A stretch of 64,000 nt of DNA from assembly GCF_009914755.1 (NCBI RefSeq), contig NC_060931.1; one strand, given 5' to 3'. Below, piece by piece: positions 1 to 15,135 of this stretch. The notes under the pieces are model-generated. The model saw only the letters and a program-made list of their open reading frames with translations, did no database searches and was not told where the DNA came from. Source of the DNA: the human T2T-CHM13v2.0 reference genome, Homo sapiens. The translations under genes and the position numbers were made by a program. Each line of letters begins with the position of its first letter. The first letter of the stretch is position 1.

Positions 1-718
1 ACAAAAGCATGAGTTATTGAAAGTCAAATAATCCTTTAGAGGTTTTAAGCTTCACTTAATAAGCAGAAGAACCTAGGATAAAATTTTTGGAATAACCCAT
101 TTTATAGAGGGAAACAATGTTGTATCTCACTACAGAAAATGACCTGATTAGCTTCCCTTTTCTCAATATTAACTTCGGAAAATAGCTTACTTACAGAAGC
201 AAATGGAATGATACTTCAAGAAGCCATGTTGCCTTTTCAACAGCCAAAAACTTGACTTCATCTACAAACCATCACCTTTTTCAGGATTAACATACTTAAC
301 CTTAAAGGTAACATAGTCTTTTAGAACTAATATGTGGAATCATGAATATGTTTATGGTATTTTATCAACTAAAAGCTAAGTGATGTTATGTAAGGGATTT
401 TTATATTTAAAAGTAGCTATCCCTCTCTGGAAGTTACATGAAACAGAACTTGATCTTTTAAAGCCAGATGTTTTTTGTTATTGTTTATTTGTTTTCATTA
501 TTCAGATTCTCCAAATAGCTCTTCAAGTTTCAGAACGCTTTTTTTTCTAATGAATTCTAGGATCCAAACTAGCTATTTTTTTAATGAGAAAATTGACTTG
601 TTTATGAAGCACATCTTACTAAAAAGATAGATTGAGGCACTGATGAGCTTAATGATATTTTGTTTGGACAAATTAGGAAACTAATTCGAGATGCAACCCC
701 TGGTGAGCAGGTTCTTAC

Positions 719-870
719 CTGTTCTCATGACTTCTGTTTATCCCATATGGATACCTGTTCCTGGCAAGTTATCCAGTTAGTGAATTTCTTGCCAAAATTT
801 ACATCAGATATTTTGTTGTATAACTTAACTACCCAGAATAAATCTTTGACGCTAAGGTTGTCATAGGCGA
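719..870 (-). other. Weak candidate internal exon (152 nt) of a minus-strand transcript
   Basis: Minus strand reads ccactcatattatttcatag|TCGCC...GAACAG|gtaaga; the donor is strong and the acceptor moderate; the sequence is non-repetitive. Confidence 0.25.
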
Positions 871-3057
871 CTATGAAATAATATGAGTGGGAACATTTAT
901 ATAAAGCATATTTCTTTCCGGAAGTTTGATCTCATTTTCAAGCTCAGTACCTCTGACAGGAAGGAGGCAGCAGGAAGCAACTTATCAAATCAAAGACTTG
1001 TGGATCTTCTCTATTGCAAATATCAAAATCCCTGAAAATTATTTTGTAAAATGACTGATGTTCTACATATACCAGGTAACTAACAATGCAGTACTTGCAC
1101 ATCTGACCTAAATAGTAGAGTTGCCTGACTGGCCCAGATTGTTGCAGAATTAAGGGCATAGAATAGTGGATGATTCAACCAGGTCCCTAAAGCAGAGAGA
1201 AGGGAAATACCTGTGGCTTAAGATATATAATATTATGTATTGATTGCTTTGCTTTTAGTTAAGAAATACCAGTGTATATCACAGTAAGAATCTCAATTTA
1301 TCCTTTAGGATTGTTTTTTAGTTCTGCATTTTTCTGATTTTATCAAGTAGAGGTAGGCTATTACAATAAACACTAAGCAAAGCTTTTACTCATATTATCT
1401 CTCTATGTGACTAAGTTTTCAACATAGTCACAGCATCATATTCCAGCTACTCTTGGGAAGAATGGGGGTTCACACTGCATTATTTTGCTCTCAAGATATT
1501 CCCTGGAGTGGGGATGGACAGCAAAGGTAAAACTGAGTATGCTCTAGCAATAGAGCATAATAGGGCTAACAATCATTCTTGTGCATTGGCCCCAATCTTT
1601 TATATTAGTCACCTCTGCCCAGGCCCACCCTCCAGGAAATTTTGAAGAAACATTTCGGCCCTTCTAACGGTGTACTCTTGAGAAATGCTGGCTGGTGCAC
1701 AAAGGCACAAAATCCTGTAATACCAACTAGCATTTCTTTTGGGTTGCAAGCCAATACAATTACCTACCAAACCTTCTAGTCACTTTCACCCACTCAATGA
1801 ACAGAAGGCTCTTTAAGCAGACACCGGAGGGAGCCAAACTGTTGACTTAAAGGGAGATTTTGGGTAGCTAATCAAAGCTCTCTCCTGCTCTCCTTCCTAC
1901 CCACTTCCACCCCAGTCTCCTGCAAGTCTGACCCCGTTTGGTGGGAAACTTTTGTCCAGTTTATGGATATGAATTAAAAGTGATTTCATTAGATTCTTAA
2001 CTCAGGTGTGCCTAATCTTGTTGCTCTGTTTTGTGTATCTTCATTATTTCAATTGTTGCTATGCTAGTAAGAGTAGCATGTTATAATATACTGTTTCAGA
2101 TATTCTCCTTAGCCTGCCGTGCTTCCTTAGGATTCTTCTGGTTTCCAAGGAACAGGTGAAATGTCAAAATTTTTTTTTTTTGTTATTTAGGCCATCATTA
2201 TGAACAAATTTAGGTAATCAAGTCTATATTCACATGAAAATGTACATACATTCACTCACTTGCAGGCTAAATAGCTACTAGGGAAATAATTCTTCTTTCA
2301 TTCACATTGGCTTTAAAGTGATTTAAATTAATTCTAACCACCCCCTCTATCCACCCCATTGGACTGATTTAACACCCTTTGATCGTGTTGTTTGGGCTTT
2401 TCTCTCACATGCTAATGAGGCATTCTCTTCAGCTACCACAACTTCATATAATCCTTGGGCAATTCTCACACTTTCTAATGACCCCGTCTTTAGAGGGCAG
2501 AGAAACTTGGAGGGAAGGAGGAGAAGAGGAAAGTGAATTACTGCCTAATATAGACTTACCCTGCAAATATATTCCGAAAATAGAATTGTGGCTGACTGCT
2601 CCTACCCTGGAAGATTAACTGTCATTGAGGAAGAGGCTCATTCCCACCTGCCATGCATAGACTGTCTACCCAACCAAAAGCAAACTATTGTCGTTTTCCC
2701 TGCAGTTTGGTTGATCATCAGGTGGTGATTTTAGAAATGGGAGGAAGTATATCTTCTGGGAACCTTGCTTTATCCTTAGATTTCCCTTGAGCGTGAAATT
2801 TACAAATGTCCAGAGAATAAGCTCCTGCTAGGGTTTGCTTTCTCATAACTGTGGGTGAAAAGCCTGGATTAAGCTGGTTAAAAGGATAAATAAATGGAAA
2901 GTTCCTGTCTTACTATCCCAAGATAGTAAGTATTTCTCCATGGAGTCATCTAAGACTCAAGACTTTAGCTGGTGACCATGTCTTCCTCAAGCAACCTACA
3001 GAAAATAACTAGATGGAATATGTAATCAAATCGAAGCCCAAAGTGAATGTGCTGAAA

Positions 3058-3224
3058 CAGTGGTTCTCTACATTGGCTGCACATAACATCACCTTTAAAA
3101 ACTTTCCATGCCCACACCTCACCCCACTCCAATTAAATCAGAATCACTAGGGCTGGGGCCCAGTCATCAGTATTTTTCAAATCTTCTCACATGATTCCAG
3201 GGGACAGCCAATTGAGAAACACTA
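3058..3224. mobile_element. MER5A-like hAT-Charlie non-autonomous DNA transposon
   Basis: Termini cagtggttctc...ttgagaaacact and the internal motif ccaattaaatcagaatc...ggggcccag. Confidence 0.75.
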
Positions 3225-3699
3225 CACTAAGAACTAGGGAAAGAACAGGTGTTAAAAACTCTGAAACAACAATAGTTAGCTTCTGCTATCAAGAGCGCCT
3301 CTGCTCAGACATGTCCATAATCATGTCTCTTTTTCTGTGACAAGATTTCAGCCAGATTTAAGACTGGAAAATCTTCACATTTTTCTACTCTTCACACAGT
3401 ACTGTTTTTCAATGTTTTCCTATATCTCACAAGTAGATCCTTTTAAGACTTAGCTGTGAGTTCCTGTCTTCATTGTAGAAGTATTATTTTGTTTTCCAAA
3501 AGTGCAACCATAGTTGGTAGTAACGTTGAATGTGGAAACAATAACTGACATTTCACAACAAGTATTTTCTCTTATATATTTTGTTCCATTCCAAGTCCTT
3601 CTCTTCTGTCTAAAAACATGCCCAATATTTTAATTATATAAAAAAATCTTCCTCAAACTGCATATTCCTTCAAATCCCTGCTCTCTTCTTACCTTTATG

Positions 3700-5345
<1,646 letters not shown>

Positions 5346-7249
5346 TCTCTCAATGATTTTATTTACCAAATTCTGTGCCCATATTTTGTTTCCAGTAAAA
5401 TGCATATGTATTCCCAACAAGCTACTCATGAGTAGGCTCCATCTTACTCACCACCTATCTATTAATATCTACTGAAATGAATTATTTCAAGTTATTTGAG
5501 AAAACTTAGGATGTGTCAACATTGGAAATTGCTTTAATCTAGAGGTCTGACCACAACCTCCAGTGCTTTTGATTATCTCACTTTCTGCTTCTCATGTCAA
5601 CTGCTCATCAACTACCTGGGCATTCCAACCCTTGATTCAATTCTCTCAGATAATTAGTCCTGCTTTGACCTCACTTCATTTGATTCTTTACTCAATCTAA
5701 ATTTTATCCTGAATTATCTGAACCATACTTCTACTGGGACCCTTAATTCCCCAGTCTCCTTATCCATTTACTGACCTTGAAATTAAAAAGGTCCATTGGA
5801 CATCCAGTCAGTGTAGCACTACTGGAAACCAACCAGCCATAAAAAAGCCCACATTATTCTTTATTAAACAGGTTCGACTCAAGAAGAAACTATAATTTTC
5901 CTGTTGCTGCCACTTCTCTGGGGGTTTTATTTTTATTGTTTCTTCCACTGTTTTATTTTTTTCCACTCCTGGATAAAAACTCAGCCAGGTCACATAAATT
6001 AAATCAATCTTAGGTGATAAAAAGTCTACTCCATTCTAAAGAGTATCCAGTCTAGTGTAGTGGGAAATCAGTTAGGCAAATGTAAAGTTTTTTTGTTTTT
6101 GTTTTTTTCCAGCTCAGGATTGTTGACTCTTAGGAAGCCTGTAGTGGAGAAGGGATTAAAACTAGCATCTTATCTTTTCCTACTTTGCCTTATCCTCTAT
6201 TCCACAGATACTGCCTTGGCCCCTCCACAATTGGGATAAGGTAGGGAATATTGAGAAAAGAGATAAATGGGCAATAAAAGTCTATCTTGTCAGGCACAGT
6301 TGTGACATTCCCTCAGTTCCTTCTGTGCATAATATATATCCAAAGGTGACTTATGGGGCACGTTTATATTGTCTTCTTGCCTAGCTTCCCCTCTCTTTGC
6401 AATAAGGGCATCTATAGTTTTCTAGATTTAGCAGTGCCTTTCCTCCAGATACGACCTCATCTCAAGTGGTTGCCTGGGGCAGGGTTTTTTTGTTTTTGTT
6501 TTTGTTTTTTTTTTCAGGAGACCATGGCTGGCTCCCTTGTGGGGGAACACATCCGGTGTGTGTGAAACACACCTTTACCCCCAGTGGTAGATGCAACTAG
6601 CTCTCAAAGCATCACATTGTCTTGTTCTGCCAGCTCCAGCCAGAACCTTAGCTTTTAACCATGTCCCCTAAACTTTAGAAGACTCATGTCAAGCTTTCCA
6701 TGTAGTTTTCACAAATGCTTTTCTCTGACTTTGCTAAAAATGCACAAAAGCATCCCCTCCCCTCTCTATGAGTGTGTGGAAAGTGGTGAACATATAGAAA
6801 ACCAATACTCTCTGAAAGAGTACCTCTTATTCAGTATCTTTTAGATCAATATTGACTCCTCTCTATACCCAAAAAAGGTAATGAACTAAGGTTGCAAAAC
6901 AAACTTTAAAATCTTTCAGTATGTCTTACATAGATAAGCTGTTATCTATGGGATTGTTATCAGGTTTAGGGCTCCAGGTGATCTGGAACAGAAAGATTCC
7001 CCAGGTATATATATTATCATATTTCCATATTGGTATCACTTACATCAAAGGCGTGACTGAGCACTCAGCACAACCTATCCATTCCCTAATTGTCCTTGCT
7101 TACTTTGTTCCTCATTCTCCCCTTACAGCTAAAGACTTTCCTCTCTACTCAACTGGCATCATCCTTATTTGTGGGGGAAGTAAGTGTAGCAAGACATCTT
7201 TCCTCCTGTTACTTCATCTGGAAAACTAGTAACTATCGAGAATGATTCC

Positions 7250-9020
7250 TCTCAATTATCCAATTATCTATCCACTTCAAAACTCACCAGAACACCCATT
7301 CTTTCCTCCTTCTTACCGGTGTCAGAGAATGCAGTTTCCTATCTAATGCCTAAAACCAAGCCTTCTGTCTACATTTTCAAGTTTCTCTCACTACCTCTTC
7401 TGGTTTCCTTCATATCTTCCTGCAATATCCTGTTTATGCCAACTGCTTCCAGATTGCTTCCTCAGACAACTGCTTTTCTCACTCTATATTCTTTCCCTAA
7501 ATGACATATATGTTTATTATTTCAACTACCTCCTCTATGCTGATGATTCCTTAATCCCTATCTCCTCATTGGTACATCTATTCAAGACATTTCACCTGGA
7601 CATCTCAGACAATTCAAACTGGATCTCCCAAACTGAATCCATTCTCTCTCTAATACGCTCCTCCTTTGTATGTCAGCAACACTCTTACCCTGGTTGCCCA
7701 AGCCAGAAACATGGGAATCAACATTGACTCCTTCTTCTATAACCATACTTAATCATTCTCTAAGTTCAAGAAATTTTTGACTCCTACACTTTTTATATAT
7801 TTTGCCTCCTACCCACCTTTACCTGCCCTAAACTAGAACTTCACGACTTCTAACCTCACCAACTATAGCAGGCTCCTAACTTATCTGCCTGCACTAAAGT
7901 CCTGTTCCCATCTAAAACCAGTATATTGATTATCTACTGTTGTCTAACACATTGCACCAAAATGTAGCCATTTAAAACAAGCATTTATTATTCTTCCTCA
8001 TGGTTTCTAATGATCAGGAATCCAGGCGTAGCTTAGCTGTGTGGTACTGGCTCAGGTCTCTCCAAAGATTGCAGTTCAGCTGTTGGCTTTCTCTAATGTC
8101 ATCTGGAGGCTTGACCAGGACCAAAAGATTCACCCCCAAGATGTTTTCCTCATATGACTATTGTTAGAAGTCCTCCATTCCTTCCACATGGGCTTGTCTA
8201 CAAGTCTTTCTGAGTGTTCTTACATGGCAGCTGTCTCTCTCAGGGCCAGAGATCCAAGAGAAAGAGAACAAAGAAGAAGCCACATGACTTCTGTGATCTA
8301 GTTTCTGAAGTTATACACCATCACTTCATTTTATTCTCTTTGTTAGAAGCGAGTCATTAGGTTCAGCCCACATTCAAGGGGAGGGAAATTAGGCTCTACC
8401 TTCTAAGAGAAGGAGCATCAAAGAACTTGCAAATAGATTAAAATCACCACAGCCACTATCCTTTACAACTTTCAGAAAAATCTGTTAAAGCTATAAATCT
8501 ATTAATGTCATATCACTTAATGAACACCTAAAAGATATCTCCCATTATGCACAGCTACAGTCACAGTTTCTTTACATAGCTTACAAGACTCAGTAATCTG
8601 ATCCCTGAGTATGTTTACAACTTTAAGTCCCCATTACTCCTTACTCATATATGATTTTCTAAAACACTGAAACACTGAACTGCTTGTTATTCACTATATA
8701 CTACTGTTTCTTGACCCCAAGATTTTTCTCAGACCTATACTTTCTGCATAGAATTTCTTGCCCTCTATGAGTGACTAAATTATATTCATCTATTAAGTCC
8801 CAATGCATTTATCACCTTTGCTTTGCAAGATTTCTCAGAAATATGACTCCTAGCCCTAGGCCAAGGACTCATCTCTTCCTTGCTTCCTAATATATCTGTA
8901 AAATAACTTTTCTATTACAATAACTTGCACATATTCTCTTTATACAAACTGGCTGTAAGCTCACTGAGGGCAACATATTATTCATTTTGTATCCTTATAT
9001 AAATTAGTATAGCACTAGTT
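7250..9020 (+). mobile_element. L2 LINE, split by an MLT1 LTR
   Basis: L2-like motifs (tgctgatgattcc, tgcccaagccagaaacatgggaatca, ctgtaagctcactgagggca) occur on both sides of the MLT1. Confidence 0.65.
7921..8451 (-). mobile_element. MLT1-family (MaLR) solo LTR
   Basis: tcaggaatccaggcgtagcttagctg...ggctcagg, cagcccacattcaaggggagggaaatt, ending aaatcaccaca. Confidence 0.8.
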
Positions 9021-11729
9021 GTTATAATAGTACCCCAAATCAAACTTCATATCTACATTTTCATGACATATTTCATGTTTAGGGCTTCTTGGAGAACCAG
9101 TACTGTGATCAAGGTGGTCTGACAGTTGCTAGATACACTTTAGTTCTTTCTGGAATGATACCACCATTTTCAAGTAGGATTTATAGACCCAGGACATCCC
9201 CCATAGGAGGTCAGAAGTGATAAGCTATGCTTAAGTTATAAGTCTTTAAGGAAAACACCATATCCCTGCTTCCAAAGTATTCTGTGTCTGTTTTAGTTGG
9301 AAGCCTCAAGACAGCCAGAAATTAAAACACAAGTAATCCTAGCCTGAGAACCAGCAAACAAAATCCAAGTACAGTGAGAGCCAAGAACCTACCAGTTGTC
9401 TTTAAAAAGTAACACTAACACAGAGAATAAAGCTCCCAGTTCTATAGCCAGATCTGGACTTAACATGTTCTTGGAGAGCTTGCAAATAGGGTTAGGAATG
9501 AAGGTGAACTATTGAAAGCAATGCTCTGAAACCATTATTCTAAAGAATTATACTGCAAGTAGAATATTGATCTGATTTATCTCTAGTCAAGTTTGTCTTC
9601 CCCATTTTCTAGGCAAAGACTTAAATCCAAAATAAAAATGAGGAAATCTTTTGCAAAATTCTTCTTGCTAAAAGAAGCATTGCATGTATTTTAAAATTTT
9701 CCATAGATTCAAATGTCTCAGAATTTTTTTCTCTGAAATATGTTCAAGAAATAAAAATACCAAGAATAATTCACAGTGTAGACTTTTTAAAATATTTAAG
9801 TTCTCAATAACTTTAAAACTATCTTTATTCTGTTAATTCTTTCAATAATAAGAAAGATGTGAGAGATAAGTGGAAAGAAACCCAAGCAAGAACAATAAAT
9901 AAGGAAATAAATATCAAAAGAAGGAAATGATTGTATTCGTCAGTGTATTGTCCTATTAGGGGAACAAACAAAAAAAAACCAAAAATACCTTAAAGCCTTA
10001 GGCTTTTTTTTCCCCTCAAGCTAAAGCTCTTAGCAGAAGCTACATGAATTTCATCAATATGTTTATATAATTCCAAGCCAAGAAATTCTATAAAGATTAC
10101 CAAGTATTTGATGTAGCTTCTGGCAAGAGATGAAGTACATCTCACAAGAACTAGAAAAAAATATCTGTTAGAAGAGTTGCTGATCTGATCAAGAAGATTT
10201 TAGATTAAAATCAGAGGAAGACAAAAAATATCTCAATAAAAGTGTAAGACTGAATACCATGAAAAACAATTCCTATACTAACAAAAAAATTAACAAGGTA
10301 AAATACCAAATAATTCTCTGTAGAAAAGCAGCAGGATATGGGGACTATGAAAAATACATCCTCAAATTAATATACAAAGACAGAATAAAACTAATAGACA
10401 TAATAAATTGTGTTTTAAGGCAGATATAATCTCATAAGTATATTCTAATTTAATGGTATAATCAGTGACTAAAATATGTAAAAGTTATCTATGTTCAAAC
10501 ATTAAAATGGGCCCGATATTAGCCTCTCTTTTAAGAAGATGTAAATAATCACTAAAAATCATAAACATAACTACAGCAAATTTATTTGGTGAAAGAGTAG
10601 CAAAATTTGGGAGGGTAAGCATAAAGGAAAAGAAACAAATACTGTAGGAAGTTGGGCAATAATGCAGGCCATATATGTAGATGAAGTATATGAATAAAGC
10701 TTTTCCAATGGACCCTTAAACAGAGGTGGGGTAAAGTAATGGTATTTAACCATCTTTTCATCTGCTATTATAGAGACTTCTTTTGGCCAAATTAGAGGAT
10801 TGAATATAGTCATGCTTTGATTTTTGGTTATTTGTACCTTTTCTACAGTTTAGTCCTTTACAACAGTAGGTACCAAGGCCTTAAATCTGCATTCTAAGCC
10901 TCATATAGTCTTTAAGCCAATCTTAACTGAGGCATATCATGTATATTAAATACAAACCCACCAGTAGCCCAAAATCCAGTGTTGGTATAACTGTTTGGAG
11001 CCCTAGGCATCTATCTACCTGCTTTATTATCCCTGAGTCTTCATTAGCCCACTCTGCATTTTCTCATTTATATGACTTGACTTCCACTTAATTTCCATTT
11101 ATCACTAAAGGCCTAATTAGAACAAGATTCCTAGCTTAAGCACTAATCCACTTGGCACCTTGACACCTTTTTAAAAAAATGTCTGTTATGAGAAGTAGTT
11201 CCAGAACTCTAGATTTCCAGTTGCCAGCTGATGTCCTGCCTAAGTCTAATAAGCTGATCAGAACCACACTACTCTCCCTACCATCATCTTCTGGAGACCT
11301 TCTTCCCATCACCTGACAAAACCATGTTTTCTACTTCCAGATTTCTCTTTGACCTGTTGGCTTTCTGCTGAGGTCAAGCATATTTGGTCACCAAACCTGC
11401 GCAAGATATGTCACTGTGCTATTAATTTGCTCTTTTAGAAGCCCAAAGAAAAGTAACATTTACCTGAAAACAAGAGTATCATGAAAGAAAATTAAGATTT
11501 TTATTAATTCTAAAACTTATTAGTTTCAATTTTCAGTCTGGCTAAGAAGGAAGAACTTACTAGGAAATTGACAGGTGGCTTGGGAAAAGGTAAATATGCC
11601 CACCTAGCCAAATAAGTATAATCTAGCAAAGATTTCTAAAAGTTCAAAAAATATCAAGGAGACTTTAAGATGGGAGAAAATGGCCCGCAAAGAATGGGAA
11701 ACTAAGATTAAATTATAGCTAATGATCAC

Positions 11730-12150
11730 ATGAGAAATAATAATCTAAATAAATTATCGGAGCTGGTTAAAGAACCATCTGATAAGGAGATTTGAAGCAT
11801 AAGACTATTCAACACAATTTTACTTGTAACAGCAAAAAAATTAGAAGAACCTAAATTTCCCAAAAAGGAGACTAGTAAATAAATTGAAATGTAATAAAGT
11901 ATTTTGAAATAATTAAAATTTTGTTCTATAAAAATATTGGATGTCATGGGAAAAAATCTTACAAAGTAAAACTTAAGGATAGAAATATGAATTTGGTTCT
12001 AACTTTAAAAAATATACCTGCATAAAAATGAAGTATATTAGACTATGAATAGTTATTTCTAAGTGATGGAATTTTTATTTTATTCTTTACACTCTGATAT
12101 CTGGTTTTCAAATTTTCTTTAGTAAATATATCTTTCATAAACAGAAAAAT
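11730..12150 (+). mobile_element. Old L1 (L1ME-like) ORF2 end / 3'UTR fragment
   Basis: aacagcaaaaaaattagaagaacctaaatttcc...aatagttatttctaagtgatggaattttt. Confidence 0.55.
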
Positions 12151-12199
12151 GATTAAAAGTCACCTACAAAAGATAGATAAAGGAGCACACAACTATGAA

Positions 12200-13460
12200 T
12201 GTCAGAATTGCAGAAGAACTCAGGATTATGAATAATGCTAAGAAAGATGAAAATAATTTTTAAAGTTATATTTAAAACAAGAAGAAAAGAATAGGCTAAC
12301 CCCCATTCCTGCAAGGAGAAAAAGTTACGTTAACGCCGCCTCTCTTTTTCTGTCAAAGCAAATCACATTGAAAGTAGAACACATGTCTTAAGGGTGATTC
12401 CACGGTGTCTAAGAATACTGTAAAGGAGCACATAATTAAATGATTTTATGTCTCTAAGCCCAAGGGATTTATATGCTAGTGTTTGGAAGGAATTTACAGA
12501 TATAATTATGATATTTCAAACATGATATCTGAGAAATCATAGCAATTAGGAAAGGTGAGAAAAATCTGCACATGGACAAGTACGTATCCAGTTTTCCAAC
12601 AAGGACATCGAGATGTGTTAGTGAAACTGTAATCTACTGATCCTAACATTATTTCCAGAATGGACCTTTAAGGAAATTTTGATCCCTTAGAAGGTAATAC
12701 AGAGCTCTTGAGTCAACATATTTGCAGTGTAAGGCATTTCTGCTTTCATGATAAGGTTAGTAGTTAGTAGATCAATATTTTTTCCAGGGTGAGAAGGCTA
12801 TGGTACATGGTTTTTAGGCTTCTAATTCTGAAATTTTTTGATAGCAAGGGTTTTTGTGATTTCACATAGCTTTTGGAAAAGTCTTTTTTTATCACTATGG
12901 TCAAGATAGACTGTGTAGATTGATGAATAGGATAGAAGTACATATTAATAGCTAGGTAAATGGCCGTATCGTATTGATTAATATGTCATGTAACCCTTGA
13001 TTCATCTTTTTCTCTGCAGTGATTTGCCATGGAGCTGTAATCTCTTGTCTGACCATCTTATTAGTGATCAGGATAATGAATACATAAGTGACAGGCATAT
13101 CATATCTGTAGATGTGATGAATTTGTAGAAGGAAATATTTAAGTAAATGAATTTGGGTTATAAAAGATTTTGATAAGTTATGCGATAAAACAATATACAT
13201 ACACAAATATATTTTGATTAAATATAAAGAACTACACTTTTAAAAGGAGTAAGTTTGACAAATACAGGAAGAAGAAACCACCTTGTTAGCATTTCCTGTG
13301 GGGAAAAAAGACCTATTAATTTTCATTATCTGTAAGTTCAATATAGCTAAAATCGTTCTGGGTGATCACACTGAGTTATTCAGAGGAATCGAGGATAAAG
13401 GGGAATTAGCCACTTAGCCTAATCCTACTATACTCACATGGGAAAATAAAATTAAACACA
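12200..13460 (+). mobile_element. CR1/L3 LINE fragments
   Basis: Degenerate CR1 RT-like stretches (tttgagaaatcatag-like, gatttcacatagcttttgg, ataaaagattttgataagtt). Confidence 0.5.
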
Positions 13461-14929
13461 GCCAACGTTTTAAAAAGGAAGAGAGATCTCTTTATTATGT
13501 ACATCAGACTAGGAAGAAAATAGGAGTATCTTCATTGGCATCTGCCGCCCACAACCCATTCCTGTCCTCATTCCTCCTCGTTCTCTCACTCATCCCCTTG
13601 ATCATCTCCATCAGAAATGGAGTCTTTTCTATGGGTCCTTTTTCCCCACAGCTCATACTTTATTGGGTCATTATTTCCAAAACCTGCCTGGGGAGGTTTG
13701 TTACCTAAAAATAAGAATCATTTCAGTGGCTATATCAGGATACCCAGTACAGAAAAATTTCTAACTTGTTCACTCAGAGCCATGAATTTAAATAAAAAAT
13801 ATATTCAACATGAACTTTGTTTTCTTTCTTGTTGTTTACAAATAAGACAATCACAATATTCTTTAGGAAATTCTCTATAATCCAACTGGAAAAATAAATC
13901 AAAATATAGACTTGTCCTTCACTAATTGAAATCAAGCGTGCAGAACAAGGAATGTACCAGGTGGTCTGACTGTCCTTTGCAGTATTCCATTGCTTTGCTA
14001 GAGTATGCTGAGAAGTTCAGCCTGTCACATTCTGAAAGGCACATGAGGTTCTAGAAATGAGCAATCATGATAAAGCGCCTAGGAACCACAAAGCATGAGG
14101 ATTACTGAAGGGACCATGGGTATTTTGAAAGAAAATATTTAAGAGGACTACTAAAATTGGAATAACATATTTTAGGACTCAGGATGTGTATTTATTATTG
14201 CCTTTAGTCACAATATTTCCAAAAGGATTAATTTGTGTTAAAGAACAAAACTCATAGGGAAGTTGTGAAGAACACTTTCAGACAATATGGCATACCTTAA
14301 TAAAGCTCAAATTTCTAGTATTTTGTCCTGCAGACACTGGGACAACTAACACTACTACCTCTATCTTCCTAAGTTTCACCTTACCTCCACAGTTTTTACT
14401 ATAGGTTGCCAGCTGCCTCTACTATGCAAGTGTTGGGTTTTCTCTTCCCATTTTAATACATCTCACTTTAATGCGCAATACTGGACAAAAGGACATTTTG
14501 TCCTTAGTACCCTATAGCATAATTTAGACAAATTCAAGCTTTCAGTAAGACTTTGTTAAACACTAAATGATTGCAGGGGAAGAATGATCCCAGACAGTGC
14601 AAGAACTGTATAAATAAGAAGCCCAAGTTTCAGAGCTCACATAGCTGACTTGTTCTTAGAGCTCCCAGCCCCTTCCCATTTCACATGCTCTCAGATATTA
14701 GCTACACTTTAGCCACCAAGGACAAACACAATTTCATAGGTACTTCTTTTTGACCTCTCACAATTCCTAAATCCTGGCCTGCCCACATGTAATGTACCAT
14801 TCCCCTTGGCAGCCCAAATCAAGAGAAACTAAGTTCTTTCTCTTCTCCAGCTAGGATCTCTCTTCCTACTCTCTGGCCCAATCCACAATATAGTTCAATG
14901 TTCACATATAACTTAAAGCAGCACAATTA

Positions 14930-15135
14930 TCACAGCATTTCTATAGCAGGATTAACAACACACCCACACAGTAAATAGGATGATTTTCTTCTCACAATAT
15001 TTGCAAACACTTGATGAGAATGTCTACTATCACTCCTTTTATTTAAACTCGTACCGTAAGTCCTGGCCAGCATAATAAGACAAGGAAAAGAAATAGGAAA
15101 AAATGTCTTCAAACAATTAGAGCTGTAACAAAACT
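14930..15135 (+). mobile_element. Old L1 ORF2 (RT region) fragment
   Basis: gaatgtctactatcactcctttt...aagtcctggccagcataataagacaaggaaaagaaata resembles the L1 GCPLSPLLFN...VLARAIRQEKEI coding stretch. Confidence 0.6.

Noticed and set aside
6020-6900. Possible old LTR (also about 1700-2050) and L1/HAL1-like A-rich region at about 9850-10700
   Set aside because: They look repeat-like, but I could not match a family well enough to call them.
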